Part shown: one piece after another, positions 38,082 to 47,489 of the stretch
Position numbering within the stretch: the first letter of the stretch is position 1
How the letters are laid out: every line of letters starts with the position of its first letter
Assembly (NCBI GenBank): GCA_964291625.2
Contig: OZ220089.1
Location: forward strand, 3,424,001-3,488,000
Source of the DNA: Candidatus Latescibacterota bacterium
GTDB taxonomy: Bacteria; Latescibacterota; UBA2968; UBA8231
Length of the DNA stretch: 64,000 bases
Reading direction: 5' to 3'
The notes under the pieces: generated by a model
Seen by the model: only the letters and a program-made list of their open reading frames with translations
Told to the model about the DNA's origin: nothing
Databases searched by the model: none
Program-made: the position numbers and the translations under genes

Positions 38082-39755
38082 CTATTTGCAGAACACTTCG
38101 GCCACTGTGAGGCGGCGCTGCCGGAGCAGCCGGGTCTGGTGGCGCAGGGCGAGGACGTACCCCGCCGGCAGTCCCGCCGCGGCCAGGACCCCGAAGGCCG
38201 CCGCCGCGTAGCGCAGTGGCCCGGAATCGATCCAGAAGAACAGGACAGCCAATGCGCAGAGGAGCGTCGACAGGAGGGCATGGAGGAGACGGCTCCTGCC
38301 CGGGGCGTGCAGCCTCGGGTCCTTTCTCGATCCGGGCTGCCTGGCGGGGTTGAGGATCGAGAGGTAGTTGCCGCTGATCGTGAAGGCCAGGGGAGCCAGG
38401 ACCACGGCCACCAGGGCCTGGAGCCCGGGTCCGACGAGATCGTGGAACCAGAACACGAAGAGGAGGGCAGGGGCGCAGAAGGCGGTCACCGCGAGCTGGA
38501 TGACCGCGAAGGCGATGTTCTTGCTGGCCAGGATCTGCCGCTCGCCGATGGGCAGGAGCAGGTACTCGCAGGCGCCCCTGCCATCTTTGGAAAACACGTT
38601 GGTCGTGAACCCGCCCTGGAAGCAGGCGAGCCAGACGACCGCCGCGCCATGCATCGGCCAGGGGTAGGGAAGGCTGGCGCGTCCTTCGCCGGCAGCGAGG
38701 GCGAGGGCGGGAAGGATGGCTGTGATCCAGGAGAACATCGCCGGCATCGACGCCTGCATCCAAAGCTGCTTCCAACGGAGCGCGGCCAGCACCTCGCGGG
38801 CCACCAGGTTCGGCCAGGGCGGCGGCAGGACCCGCCCGAGCCATGCGGCGAGACCCGGGATCCGGTCCCGCGGGCCGGCCGGGGCCACGCGGGACCCGCC
38901 CGCGAGGAAGACCCGCCGGCGGGTCAGGCGCCAGCCGAAGAGAAGGCCGGCCGCGGCGAAGGCGCCGAGCAGGGCCAGGGGCCCCGGCAGCTCCGCGAGG
39001 CGTCCCTCCCCTGCCAGCTGGTACGCCCTTGCCAGCGAGCTGGTGGGGGTCATCTCGAACCAGGAACCCGAGACCCCGCGGATCCGCTCGAGCCCGTCGC
39101 CGCCGACGTGGGACCAGGCGAGGAGGAGGGTGAGGGCCAGGAACGACCCGCCGGCGAGGATGCGAGCCAGCATCCGCAGTGCGCCTCTCCAGGACGCCAG
39201 CTCGATGGCGCAGCGCGTCCCCTGGATCCAGGCGACCATGCCGAGACCGGTCACACCCGTGGCCAGGCACGAGAACAGGGTGGCCGGGGCACCGGCCGGG
39301 GGGAAGAGCGTGAGCCCGATCGTCAGGAAGCTCAGGGAGAAGAACAGGGGCAGGGGCTTGAGCGCGGCCATCACCAGGCCTGCCGCATAGGCCTGCCCCG
39401 GGGTCCATCGAAGCTGGGGGAGCTTCCCCAACCAGGAGATCGATACGATCTCGGCGCCGAGGCCGAGGGCGATGCAGAACCACAGGAAGGCGTAGATCGC
39501 GAGATACACGGAGGCCAGGGCCACGGCCGGCCCGGGGTCCAGGTCGAGAGACCCCATGGAGGTGTGGAGCGAGAACCAGAGACTCAGCAGGAAGAGCCCG
39601 CCGGCCGCCGCCTGGAGGACGACGGCCGGCCAGAAGTCTCCCGGCTTCGACCGGGCCTCGTGGCGCAGGATGCGGGACTCGACCCGGAGCGCGTAGGAGA
39701 GCGCTCTTGGAACCCAGGGCACGGAGGACAGGAGTGTTGTGATCATGAGGGGCAT
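38082..39755 (-). CDS. Polytopic ABC-2-type permease-like membrane protein
   Basis: ~12 hydrophobic segments; LVARE and LLLPI...ILASKN motifs; directly upstream of the ATPase. Confidence 0.72.
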   Translation of the reverse strand: MPLMITTLLSSVPWVPRALSYALRVESRILRHEARSKPGDFWPAVVLQAAAGGLFLLSLWFSLHTSMGSLDLDPGPAVALASVYLAIYAFLWFCIALGLGAEIVSISWLGKLPQLRWTPGQAYAAGLVMAALKPLPLFFSLSFLTIGLTLFPPAGAPATLFSCLATGVTGLGMVAWIQGTRCAIELASWRGALRMLARILAGGSFLALTLLLAWSHVGGDGLERIRGVSGSWFEMTPTSSLARAYQLAGEGRLAELPGPLALLGAFAAAGLLFGWRLTRRRVFLAGGSRVAPAGPRDRIPGLAAWLGRVLPPPWPNLVAREVLAALRWKQLWMQASMPAMFSWITAILPALALAAGEGRASLPYPWPMHGAAVVWLACFQGGFTTNVFSKDGRGACEYLLLPIGERQILASKNIAFAVIQLAVTAFCAPALLFVFWFHDLVGPGLQALVAVVLAPLAFTISGNYLSILNPARQPGSRKDPRLHAPGRSRLLHALLSTLLCALAVLFFWIDSGPLRYAAAAFGVLAAAGLPAGYVLALRHQTRLLRQRRLTVAEVFCK

Positions 39756-39875
39756 CTACGGGGCGCTGAGGGGTCTGCGACTGGACCGGCTCAGTCTATA
39801 GGGGTGACGCCGATAGAAGGGTGGGCTTGGTAGGTGCCAACCACTCTGCTTGCCCCGATCTGTTGCCTGCTGGCG

Positions 39876-40181
39876 TCAGATCCTCTCCCTAATCCTGACG
39901 GCCAGCCTCTTCAGGAACAGCTCCTTAGCGTCCCTTTCCCTGTATCTCGTGGGGCGAGGAGCTCTGACGGTTCGCAGACGTCGGAGAAACTCATCCGGGT
40001 CAAAGCCGTCAGCCACCTCGCTTAGGTAGGTAGCTAGTATCGAGATTGCCTGCTCGGCTCCCCGTGCAAGGCCCACCGCTTTCACGTCCTCCATCTTGAG
40101 GAGTACCGCCTCCAACTCGTCAAGCTGATTCGCCAGTTCGGCTACCCGCTGCTGCAATCCGTTGACCCGGTCCTCCGCCAT
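39876..40181 (-). CDS. Hypothetical protein (coiled-coil N-terminus)
   Basis: 101-aa ORF with protein-like composition in lower-GC DNA. Confidence 0.5.
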   Translation of the reverse strand: MAEDRVNGLQQRVAELANQLDELEAVLLKMEDVKAVGLARGAEQAISILATYLSEVADGFDPDEFLRRLRTVRAPRPTRYRERDAKELFLKRLAVRIRERI

Positions 40182-40499
40182 CGCCGCAATCCTTCCCAAA
40201 AAGAGTTTACAGCCCTGGAACGGTTCCCTGTGCGCCTACTTGCACCCATCCATGCAAAGGAGGGACCACTTCTCGCACGTGGCCTCCGCCCGGATCAGGA
40301 ACGAGGTTGCACCCGAGCGCCAGTGTCGGCTGGCTTCGCCTGGCTAGGTGCCGGGCGTCGAGCCGGTACCGGCCGGTACCGAGCCGACACCTTGCTCCAA
40401 CCAATTGTCGGGCACGCGGATCCCCCACTGTGCCGGGTGGGTAGGATTCCGCTTTGTGCACATCCACCGCAAGCAGGGGTCCTTCTCCTTGCCCAGCGC

Positions 40500-40698
40500 G
40501 CCCCCCCCCGTCGCCGCCGTTTCCAGGTGGGCTGGGCCTCGGCGTCGTTGAGCCCTGGGATCAGGGGGTGCGCGTTGACCCCCGACGGCACTCCGGCTGG
40601 GACAGCTCCTCAAGGGCCAGCAAGTGGCGATCGGACCGCAACTTGCGCGGCTCCATGGCTCCGTGAGCCGGCGGTCGACTGGTGATCGCCAGGGTCAC
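40500..40698 (-). pseudogene. Fragment of PA0069/Rv2578c-family radical SAM DNA-repair gene
   Basis: VTLAITS...AMEPR...LEELS / GVPSGVNAHPLIPGLNDAE across frames, matching the family's MEPR...PxIPGLND region. Confidence 0.68.
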
Positions 40699-40714
40699 AG
40701 TGCTTCCAGGAGAT

Positions 40715-40960
40715 GGGTGGCCGACATTACCATACGGCATGGGCAAGCCGCGACATTCTGTCCCTGTACCGGCAAACGGCGGCGGGGGGCACCGTTTCCC
40801 GACGGCGCGAGCAACAGCCGCCTCGCGAAACGGCCCTGACCTTCGGCTTGAGGTTCTTTGAGTTACGTCCTGGACGGCCCAAGGCCAACGGCCACATTGA
40901 GCCCGGGATCAACGCCGCGCAGCGGGAGATCGCCTAAGTCCAGCAGCTGTTCTGGAAGGA
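40715..40960 (+). repeat. Degenerate duplicate of an internal segment of the CRTAC1-family gene (~26485-26780)
   Basis: Shared TACCGGCA.ACGGCGGCGGGGGGCACCGT, CCCTGACCTTCGGC, GGCCAACGGCCACAT.GAGCCCG.GATCAACGCCG, GCAGCTGTTCTGGAA. Confidence 0.9.
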
Positions 40961-41201
40961 CTTCCGGGGGCGGGCGCCCACGCCCACGCCCTCGCTTTCG
41001 GCCCTTGCGGTTAGTGCAGAGTACTCGGGGTCGGCATCGGTTGGCTAATTGCGCCTTAGGCACATGTCGGCCCCTGATTGCCCGACTGCCGACTCCCGTC
41101 CTCATCGGCCCGAGATAGGGCCTTCACTGTCCCTCGGGTCTTCCCCTTGGAGCCTTTAGCATCCGGGTCCCACACTCCGTAAAGGCCATACCCTTGTGAC
41201 C

Positions 41202-42737
41202 TCACAAGCGGGCTTGCACAAAGTCTCGTAGACCATCGAGTGCCGGGTGCTCCGGTGCTACGGCCCGCATCGTTCTACTTAGGCAATCAGAGGGCGGAAG
41301 GTTAGTACGCTGCCCCAAACAGTATCCCAGATCATGGTGGTCAAGGTCGGAGTGAATGGCATCGATCAGAGAATCCGCTTCCGCTCCGCGACAATCAAAC
41401 TGCTTGGCTAGCCGATCGCGGTAGCTTGGCAGTCTCAATTGCTCTGCGACCCACCTCTCTGGCGGCAAGCCTCCAGGCAGAAGCATGCACTCGGGCCTAA
41501 GTTCCTCCTTCCCTCCCGCCTCACTCTTGGCCACCTTCCCGACATCGCCCATGGAGCAATCACCATCAAGGACACACACGGCTCTCAGCTCAGACTCGGC
41601 CCTTAGGTGGGAGACACCCTGACGAACAACTGCCGCATGGTCACCTATCTCCCGCAGCGAAACTCGCACTCTCACCTTGTAGGGAAGAGCCTCCTCAATC
41701 AAACTCCTGGCGGCCTCGTCTTCGCAGTAGATCATCAGCTCGGGTATAGGTACTCCCGTCATCTCCTGCATGGCAAAGCGGGTACTCGGAGACTCAAATG
41801 CTTCATGCTCGTGGCCACGCTTGCTCAGGAGGATTCTGGATACACGCGGCAGTGCATCCAAGAAAGCCTCTGAGTGTGTTGAACAGATGACTTGCACTTG
41901 ACGCCTCAAACAGAGCCGGATTAGGATCCGCGCCAGTCGAATCTGTGCCTCAGGGTGCAATCCCGACTCGACCTCCTCGACCACCATCAGCCCTCCACGT
42001 GGCAGATTGTGTAGCGCGTGCAGCAGGTAGACCACACAACTCTCTCCACTTCCCATGTTGAAACTTGTGAACTCTACCCCACAAGATACGCGCTGCAATG
42101 TGTGCCGCCCGATCGTTTGTATTTGCGCCAAGCTGTATTCCCTTCCCATAATGTAAGAGAGGTCTTCCTTCTCCTCGGGCGTTAGCTCAAGAGTGGCCTC
42201 GCCTTCGCCCCGCTTCGAGAATGCCGCCCTCACGCCAGCTACTTCATAGGCTGGAACTACTCGACTCACGGGGAAAAAACCGACCTCGCGCTCCGGACGT
42301 GCTGTGTACCGGCCCCATCGACTAGCAGTCTTCCTGAAGCTGACCGGCTCCACAGGACTCGAGCCCCGATACTCCCATGCAATCCTAGTGCCTTCGAAAG
42401 GCTTCTCCTCTGAGCTACGATGGAGAAAGTCGCCGAAAGTGTAATAGGATCTGTCATCCCTTCTGCCGCGGGGCTGGTAGAACCAGTTTGGGATATGCCA
42501 GCCCGGCGGCGAATGGTACGCCAAGGCGGCGAGCGCCAGAATCGTGCTCTTGCCTACCCCGTTTCGGCCGCAAATGGCTGTAATCGGATAGCGAAAGGGT
42601 ACTAGGAGGCCCTCTATACCACGCAATCCGCCAGACACGGCAATGCTCGCCAGGTAGGGCCCGCAGGGATCACCAGGGGGGGTGCGCCACATATTCAGCA
42701 ACCCCCGCTCATCATCGTTCAAACGTCTACCCGGCAC
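41202..42737 (-). CDS. ABC/AAA ATPase with C-terminal TOPRIM-like domain (OLD-family-like)
   Basis: Walker A GRNGVGKS, MGSGE, Walker B VVEEVESGLHP, STHS; then IYCED and VLDGD (TOPRIM E...DxD). Confidence 0.78.
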   Translation of the reverse strand: MPGRRLNDDERGLLNMWRTPPGDPCGPYLASIAVSGGLRGIEGLLVPFRYPITAICGRNGVGKSTILALAALAYHSPPGWHIPNWFYQPRGRRDDRSYYTFGDFLHRSSEEKPFEGTRIAWEYRGSSPVEPVSFRKTASRWGRYTARPEREVGFFPVSRVVPAYEVAGVRAAFSKRGEGEATLELTPEEKEDLSYIMGREYSLAQIQTIGRHTLQRVSCGVEFTSFNMGSGESCVVYLLHALHNLPRGGLMVVEEVESGLHPEAQIRLARILIRLCLRRQVQVICSTHSEAFLDALPRVSRILLSKRGHEHEAFESPSTRFAMQEMTGVPIPELMIYCEDEAARSLIEEALPYKVRVRVSLREIGDHAAVVRQGVSHLRAESELRAVCVLDGDCSMGDVGKVAKSEAGGKEELRPECMLLPGGLPPERWVAEQLRLPSYRDRLAKQFDCRGAEADSLIDAIHSDLDHHDLGYCLGQRTNLPPSDCLSRTMRAVAPEHPALDGLRDFVQARL

Positions 42738-45700
42738 TTAGTTCCTCCTCAACCATTACCATCTCCCGCACCCTCTCATCGTCCACTGAGGGTGGCCGGG
42801 GAGTGGTCTTGTCAACCTCCTTCCAGCGTTCATACCCCGGGCAAATCTCCCGAAAGTCGCACTTTCGACAACTGCCGTTCGACACGCCTCGGAGTGCAAA
42901 TTCCCCTGACCTCACCGCTCCTTGAATCTCCTGTACTGCCCTGCCGACTCGATCCCTGACAGATTCCCGTGCTTCCCTAGATACGTCTACACTCACTCTC
43001 TCGCTCACCCCCTCTTCAAGAAGACCTTGCGACGGGGGATTTGGGCTCAAGAAATGCGCATAGGCTGCCTCGGTATCCACGGGCCATGTATTTCCAACAG
43101 CAATTGCATACAGCCTCAACTGTGCTTCCACTTCTTGCCTGCGCAAGGTAAAGGTGTGCGCACTCTCCCAGCGGTGAGCCTTGAAATCGACAATTGCTAC
43201 GGGAATCCTCTGCCCTGCACCGCAGCCGTCGTGGTCTACTCGCTGTATCAGGTCAACTGTGCCACTGATCAGTGCCCCCGTGTCCCTATCGACAAACTCA
43301 AAAGGCTTCTCGGCATCCAGCACAAAGCGAGTACTCTCCGGGTAGCTCTCCAGGTACCGGGCTATGGATAGTCTAGCCGCCTCTCTAAGCTGACTCAGAG
43401 GCTTATACGCTTCCCCATCGCGCGTGTACCGCAGATGAAACCGCTGTTCAACCAAACGGCTGACTTCCCCAGCAGAGAGGTGGAGGCCCGTTCGCGCCCT
43501 CTGATGGATTTCAGCAAGGATATTGTGTATCTGTTGACCGTACCCGTATGACTCCCGAACTCCTGGCTCAAATCCCATGAGCGCCCTGAGCTGATATTCA
43601 AACGGGCACCGCCAGTAGTAATTCAACTCCGTATAGGTTGTAGGGAGCAATTCTGTACTGGCCGGTGGTGTAGGGCAACCCTTCGGGAGGTCTCTCGGTT
43701 CGTCGTCGCGTGCAACAATATCATGGCTGATTTCCTTGAAGTAGAGCGTTGGTCGCTTGTTCTTGCGATCTGGAGTCGAGACATTCAGGAACCGCCGGCA
43801 TCGAGTAAGCGCAACATACCACAATCTACGTTCTCCCTCGTCTCCGCTAGCGTATTGAGTTGGATCGAAAAGATCCACCGAGAGGAATGTTGAGGGCCCC
43901 CTGCGGCGCAAACTGCTGGGGAAGTTGGCGCTAGAGATTCTAGGCAAGAAGACTACTGGCCACTCAAGGCCCTTCGCAGCATGGACCGTCATGATCTGCA
44001 CCGCATTAGGTGTGGCGCCTTCATCTAGGCCCCCCTCGTCTACTTGGTTCGCCGCCCATCCGCCAAGGAAGAGACACAGCGCTTGGAGGTCACTAGGTCT
44101 TACCCACTGATGCACAGTCTCAAAGTCGGTTATGAGACCACTGAGGCGTCCCAGATTGAAAAGAACCTCGTTGGGCCATGGGGACTGACGCTCCCCGGAG
44201 CCTAACTGTTTGAGCATCTCCTGAAAAATGCTCTGCGGATAAATTCGTCGCGCCAGACGGCCTCTCCTGTCCCTCTCTAAGAGGCGGCGACTCAGCTCCT
44301 CCCGCTTGGCCGCAATCCACTCTAGGTACGTCGTCTCCCGAGCTTCCGGCATCGTCCCAACACTGCGGAGGTGACGTATCTGTTTACGGATGAACTCCCT
44401 AATCTCCACTTCTCCCAACCGCCTGGGTGCGCCTGAGTCACTGACAAGCATGTAGGATCTTGCCAAGAGACTAAAGGTTGCCTGTACCAAGAGGACTTCC
44501 GCGTGGTCGAACAAGCCCCCAACACCCTTGACTACCACCGGAATGCCCCGCTCCTGTAAGGTGTCCGCCAGGATTTTACCCGAGCTCTTCACACTCCTCA
44601 AGAGGATTGCCATGTCCGCAAAATCGATGGCCCTCGTCTGGTCTTCGCCCTCCTTCAGGACAACTCCTCTAAGTTCGAGAATCCGGTCCGCCACCCAGGT
44701 GGCCTCCGCCTCCTCTGTAGGTAGCGTGCGCACCCGAACATCCTTCGGCTCGGCCATGGTCTCAACGAAAGCACCAGCGGTCTGATCCCAGTGACGAGCC
44801 TCCATTTCCTTCTCTAACCGGTTTGTCGGGCCGATCCTCCGTACAGCGGCGTCGGCTATTTCCGCGATCGCGTGCGTGCTCCTAAAGTTGTATGTCAATT
44901 TGACTTGCTTCACATCAGCGTATCGCTGGTCAAAGCTCAGTATGTTCTGGATGCGCGCTCCCCTCCACCCATATATTGCTTGGTCATCGTCTCCAACCAC
45001 AGTCACAGAGACATCCTGGCCATGATTTGACAACAGTCCGATCAGTTCCTCCTGTCTGTCATCTATATCTTGATACTCGTCCACTACAAGATACTGGAGT
45101 CTGTCGCGCAACCTTTTGAGGAAGTCCGGTCGCTGCTTCAACTCCGCTATGAGTTTCCCAATGATCTGATCGAAGTCAAAGAAGAAATTGGGGCGGCCAT
45201 AGGCGATCTCCTGGTACCTTTCGATGGACTCCTTAAGGGGGTGATCAGTGATTTGATCTAGGTGGATTCCCCTCTGATGGACCACACTCACAGTGGCTAT
45301 GAAGGTTCGTATGGCCTCCCAGTATCTCTTGGATCTTGTGCGATGGGAGAGATAGTTCAGACCGATACCTGCGCCTGACGCTGGAAAGTGGTGATAATTG
45401 CTCATGATTAGGGCGGCTTGGCGGGACTCGTCCAGGACCTCATATCGGCGCCACCCCGAATCCATATCCTTCAGGATCTGGAGGCAGAAGCTGTGGATAG
45501 TGCCCACGTACATGTCCCCCAGAGCGGGATCTGTTGGGCAGGATTCCTCCAGATGAGTGCGGATCCTTCCTTTGAGTTCCTCCGCCGCTCTATCGGTGAA
45601 GGTGAAAGCGACCAAGGAGCCCTTGGGGACCCCCTCTGCCACCAAGTCGGCGATCCTTCTTGAGATGACCTCTGTCTTGCCACTTCCCGCGCAGGCCAGA

Positions 45701-45765
45701 ATTTGGAGGTTACCATGCCTGTGGCGGATGGCCGTTTGCTGTTCCTCCGTGTATGTGTACTTCAT
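42727..45765 (-). CDS. UvrD/REP SF1 helicase with C-terminal PD-(D/E)XK nuclease and Fe-S-like Cys
   Basis: ACAGSGKT, VDEYQD, VGDDDQAIY, NFRS, MTVHAAKGLEW, YVALTR; GTVDLI...VDFK; CP...CRKCDFREIC. Confidence 0.9.
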   Translation of the reverse strand: MKYTYTEEQQTAIRHRHGNLQILACAGSGKTEVISRRIADLVAEGVPKGSLVAFTFTDRAAEELKGRIRTHLEESCPTDPALGDMYVGTIHSFCLQILKDMDSGWRRYEVLDESRQAALIMSNYHHFPASGAGIGLNYLSHRTRSKRYWEAIRTFIATVSVVHQRGIHLDQITDHPLKESIERYQEIAYGRPNFFFDFDQIIGKLIAELKQRPDFLKRLRDRLQYLVVDEYQDIDDRQEELIGLLSNHGQDVSVTVVGDDDQAIYGWRGARIQNILSFDQRYADVKQVKLTYNFRSTHAIAEIADAAVRRIGPTNRLEKEMEARHWDQTAGAFVETMAEPKDVRVRTLPTEEAEATWVADRILELRGVVLKEGEDQTRAIDFADMAILLRSVKSSGKILADTLQERGIPVVVKGVGGLFDHAEVLLVQATFSLLARSYMLVSDSGAPRRLGEVEIREFIRKQIRHLRSVGTMPEARETTYLEWIAAKREELSRRLLERDRRGRLARRIYPQSIFQEMLKQLGSGERQSPWPNEVLFNLGRLSGLITDFETVHQWVRPSDLQALCLFLGGWAANQVDEGGLDEGATPNAVQIMTVHAAKGLEWPVVFLPRISSANFPSSLRRRGPSTFLSVDLFDPTQYASGDEGERRLWYVALTRCRRFLNVSTPDRKNKRPTLYFKEISHDIVARDDEPRDLPKGCPTPPASTELLPTTYTELNYYWRCPFEYQLRALMGFEPGVRESYGYGQQIHNILAEIHQRARTGLHLSAGEVSRLVEQRFHLRYTRDGEAYKPLSQLREAARLSIARYLESYPESTRFVLDAEKPFEFVDRDTGALISGTVDLIQRVDHDGCGAGQRIPVAIVDFKAHRWESAHTFTLRRQEVEAQLRLYAIAVGNTWPVDTEAAYAHFLSPNPPSQGLLEEGVSERVSVDVSREARESVRDRVGRAVQEIQGAVRSGEFALRGVSNGSCRKCDFREICPGYERWKEVDKTTPRPPSVDDERVREMVMVEEELSAG

Positions 45766-46826
45766 TTCCGATCTCTCCCCAGGTATTGACGTAACTCTCT
45801 CGCCAAGTGAGCGATCAACCTGACAGGAACGGCATTTCCTATCTGGGCAGCAATGGCCTTGGCGCTGCCGTGGAATCTGTACTCGTCAGGGAAGGTCTGT
45901 AGCCGCGCCGCCTCCCGGAGTGTTAGGGCCCGATCGTCGCGGGGGTGGGCGAATCGTCCTCGTGTCAGATCTGTGCATCCTGTGGTTAAGGTCGGCGCCA
46001 CCATATCCCAACTCATCCGGCCATATACATCAGGGTGGCCCGTGTTGCCCTTGTGACAGTTCAGCTCAAGGCGGCTGGGTAAGCTCTCTCTGCTGCCACC
46101 ATCTTTAGGGATATGCTTCAGCCGCTCGATGGCCACTTGGCGGTGGTTTCTCGCAAAGTGCAGGCGGTCATTGGGATCCTCTTCGCCAGATAGCAGGGGT
46201 CTTAGGTCTGCGATGGCCGAACGGACTGTTGCTAGGGGCGCCGCCGGGTCCTCAGTTGGGAGCTTCGGGGGTATGTGTCCCTTAGTTGCTAGTAGAATTG
46301 ATCTAACTCGCCTTTGGGGTACGCCAAAGTCTGCTGCATTTATCTGCTTGTGGGCTCGGAAGCGATACCCGTGTGCTTTCAGCCCTCGCTCTAAGGTACG
46401 CAGCAGGGTTTGGAACCGGGCGGCAACTAGCCCAGGGACATTCTCGAGAAGGATCATCGACGGACTTAGGGCCTTAGCAAATCGAATGCTCTCCAGAATG
46501 AGGTTTGCGCGGGCGTCGTCTTCCGGGCATCGGAGTTGACTGCTAAAGGGCTGACAGGGAGCACAGACCACCATCAGGTCGAGACTCCTTGGTGCAAGGA
46601 GAGTGTTCTTGAGTTCCCATGGATCAATTTGGGTAATGTCTTCTGCGATGAGGCGTACCGTTGGGTGATTGGCGCCGTAAGTCTTGCAGGCCACGGGATC
46701 GTTGTCTACTGCTGCGATAATCTTGAACCGGGCAGACTTCAAGCCGGCTGTAGCGGCCCCACAACCGCAGAAGAGGTCCACGGCGGTAGGCCAGGGTTCC
46801 CCCTTTCTTGCGTGGCTAAGGGCCAT
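45762..46826 (-). CDS. dcm: DNA (cytosine-5) methyltransferase
   Basis: DLFCGCG, PCQPFS, ENV, GVPQRRVR, REAARLQTFP, IGNAVP. Confidence 0.95.
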   Translation of the reverse strand: MALSHARKGEPWPTAVDLFCGCGAATAGLKSARFKIIAAVDNDPVACKTYGANHPTVRLIAEDITQIDPWELKNTLLAPRSLDLMVVCAPCQPFSSQLRCPEDDARANLILESIRFAKALSPSMILLENVPGLVAARFQTLLRTLERGLKAHGYRFRAHKQINAADFGVPQRRVRSILLATKGHIPPKLPTEDPAAPLATVRSAIADLRPLLSGEEDPNDRLHFARNHRQVAIERLKHIPKDGGSRESLPSRLELNCHKGNTGHPDVYGRMSWDMVAPTLTTGCTDLTRGRFAHPRDDRALTLREAARLQTFPDEYRFHGSAKAIAAQIGNAVPVRLIAHLARELRQYLGRDRK

Positions 46827-47226
46827 CCAGGAATTGCTCCAGGCGTTTTTGTAGCATGAGTGGATCTCGTACCTCGCATTCCCAAATGATCAGAGTGCCC
46901 CATCCCAGCAGAAGCAAGTGTCGCTGGTGTCTCTCATCGCGAGCGAGGTTTCCGTCAAGCTTGACATTCCAGAACTCTCTGTTGGACATTGGACGCTTGG
47001 CGGAGGGACAGTTCTGGTGCTGATGCCAGAAACAGCCGTGAACGAAGATGGCCTTTCGGTGGCGGCTGAGAACAATGTCGGGTCGGCCCGGTAGGTTACT
47101 TTGGTGGAGGCGGAAGCGATACCCCATTCTGTGGATAAGGGAGCGCACGGCCTTCTCGGGACGGGTGTCTCGATCCCGAACCTGGGACATGATCTGGCTG
47201 CGCTTTCTTGCCGAGAAAATGTCCAT
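46816..47226 (-). CDS. vsr: Very short patch repair endonuclease
   Basis: RSQIMSQV..RDTRPE, LPGRPDIV, FVHGCFWHQH, IWECE. Confidence 0.95.
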   Translation of the reverse strand: MDIFSARKRSQIMSQVRDRDTRPEKAVRSLIHRMGYRFRLHQSNLPGRPDIVLSRHRKAIFVHGCFWHQHQNCPSAKRPMSNREFWNVKLDGNLARDERHQRHLLLLGWGTLIIWECEVRDPLMLQKRLEQFLDGP

Positions 47227-47369
47227 GGGACTCTGGGCTCTTGGGAGGCCGTGGAGAAAGTGCGGTGGCTGTGGGAGGGCCGATTGGACTGGGTGGAGTT
47301 GGATGGACTTGCCTGCGGGCCAAGGATGAAGGTGCTTGGTTGCCTTCTGGCGGGCAGCGGCCCTTTAGC

Positions 47370-47470
47370 CTGATGCTGGGCTGGACGCCGGGATCAGGAG
47401 GGCCACGTTCACCCTCGCCTAGGACGAGTCCTGGAGACGCCGATCCGGCGAGGAGGTGCGCGGCATGGTC
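47370..47470 (-). pseudogene. Short fragment of PA0069-family radical SAM gene
   Basis: Reverse strand reads MPRTSSPDRRL...VNVALLIP, paralleling the 40500-40698 fragment. Confidence 0.5.
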
Positions 47471-47489
47471 GCCGTGAACCCGGAGCGAC

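Noticed and set aside
40365-40380. Palindrome GGTACCGGCCGGTACC
   Set aside because: Single GC-rich occurrence with no associated feature; could be chance.
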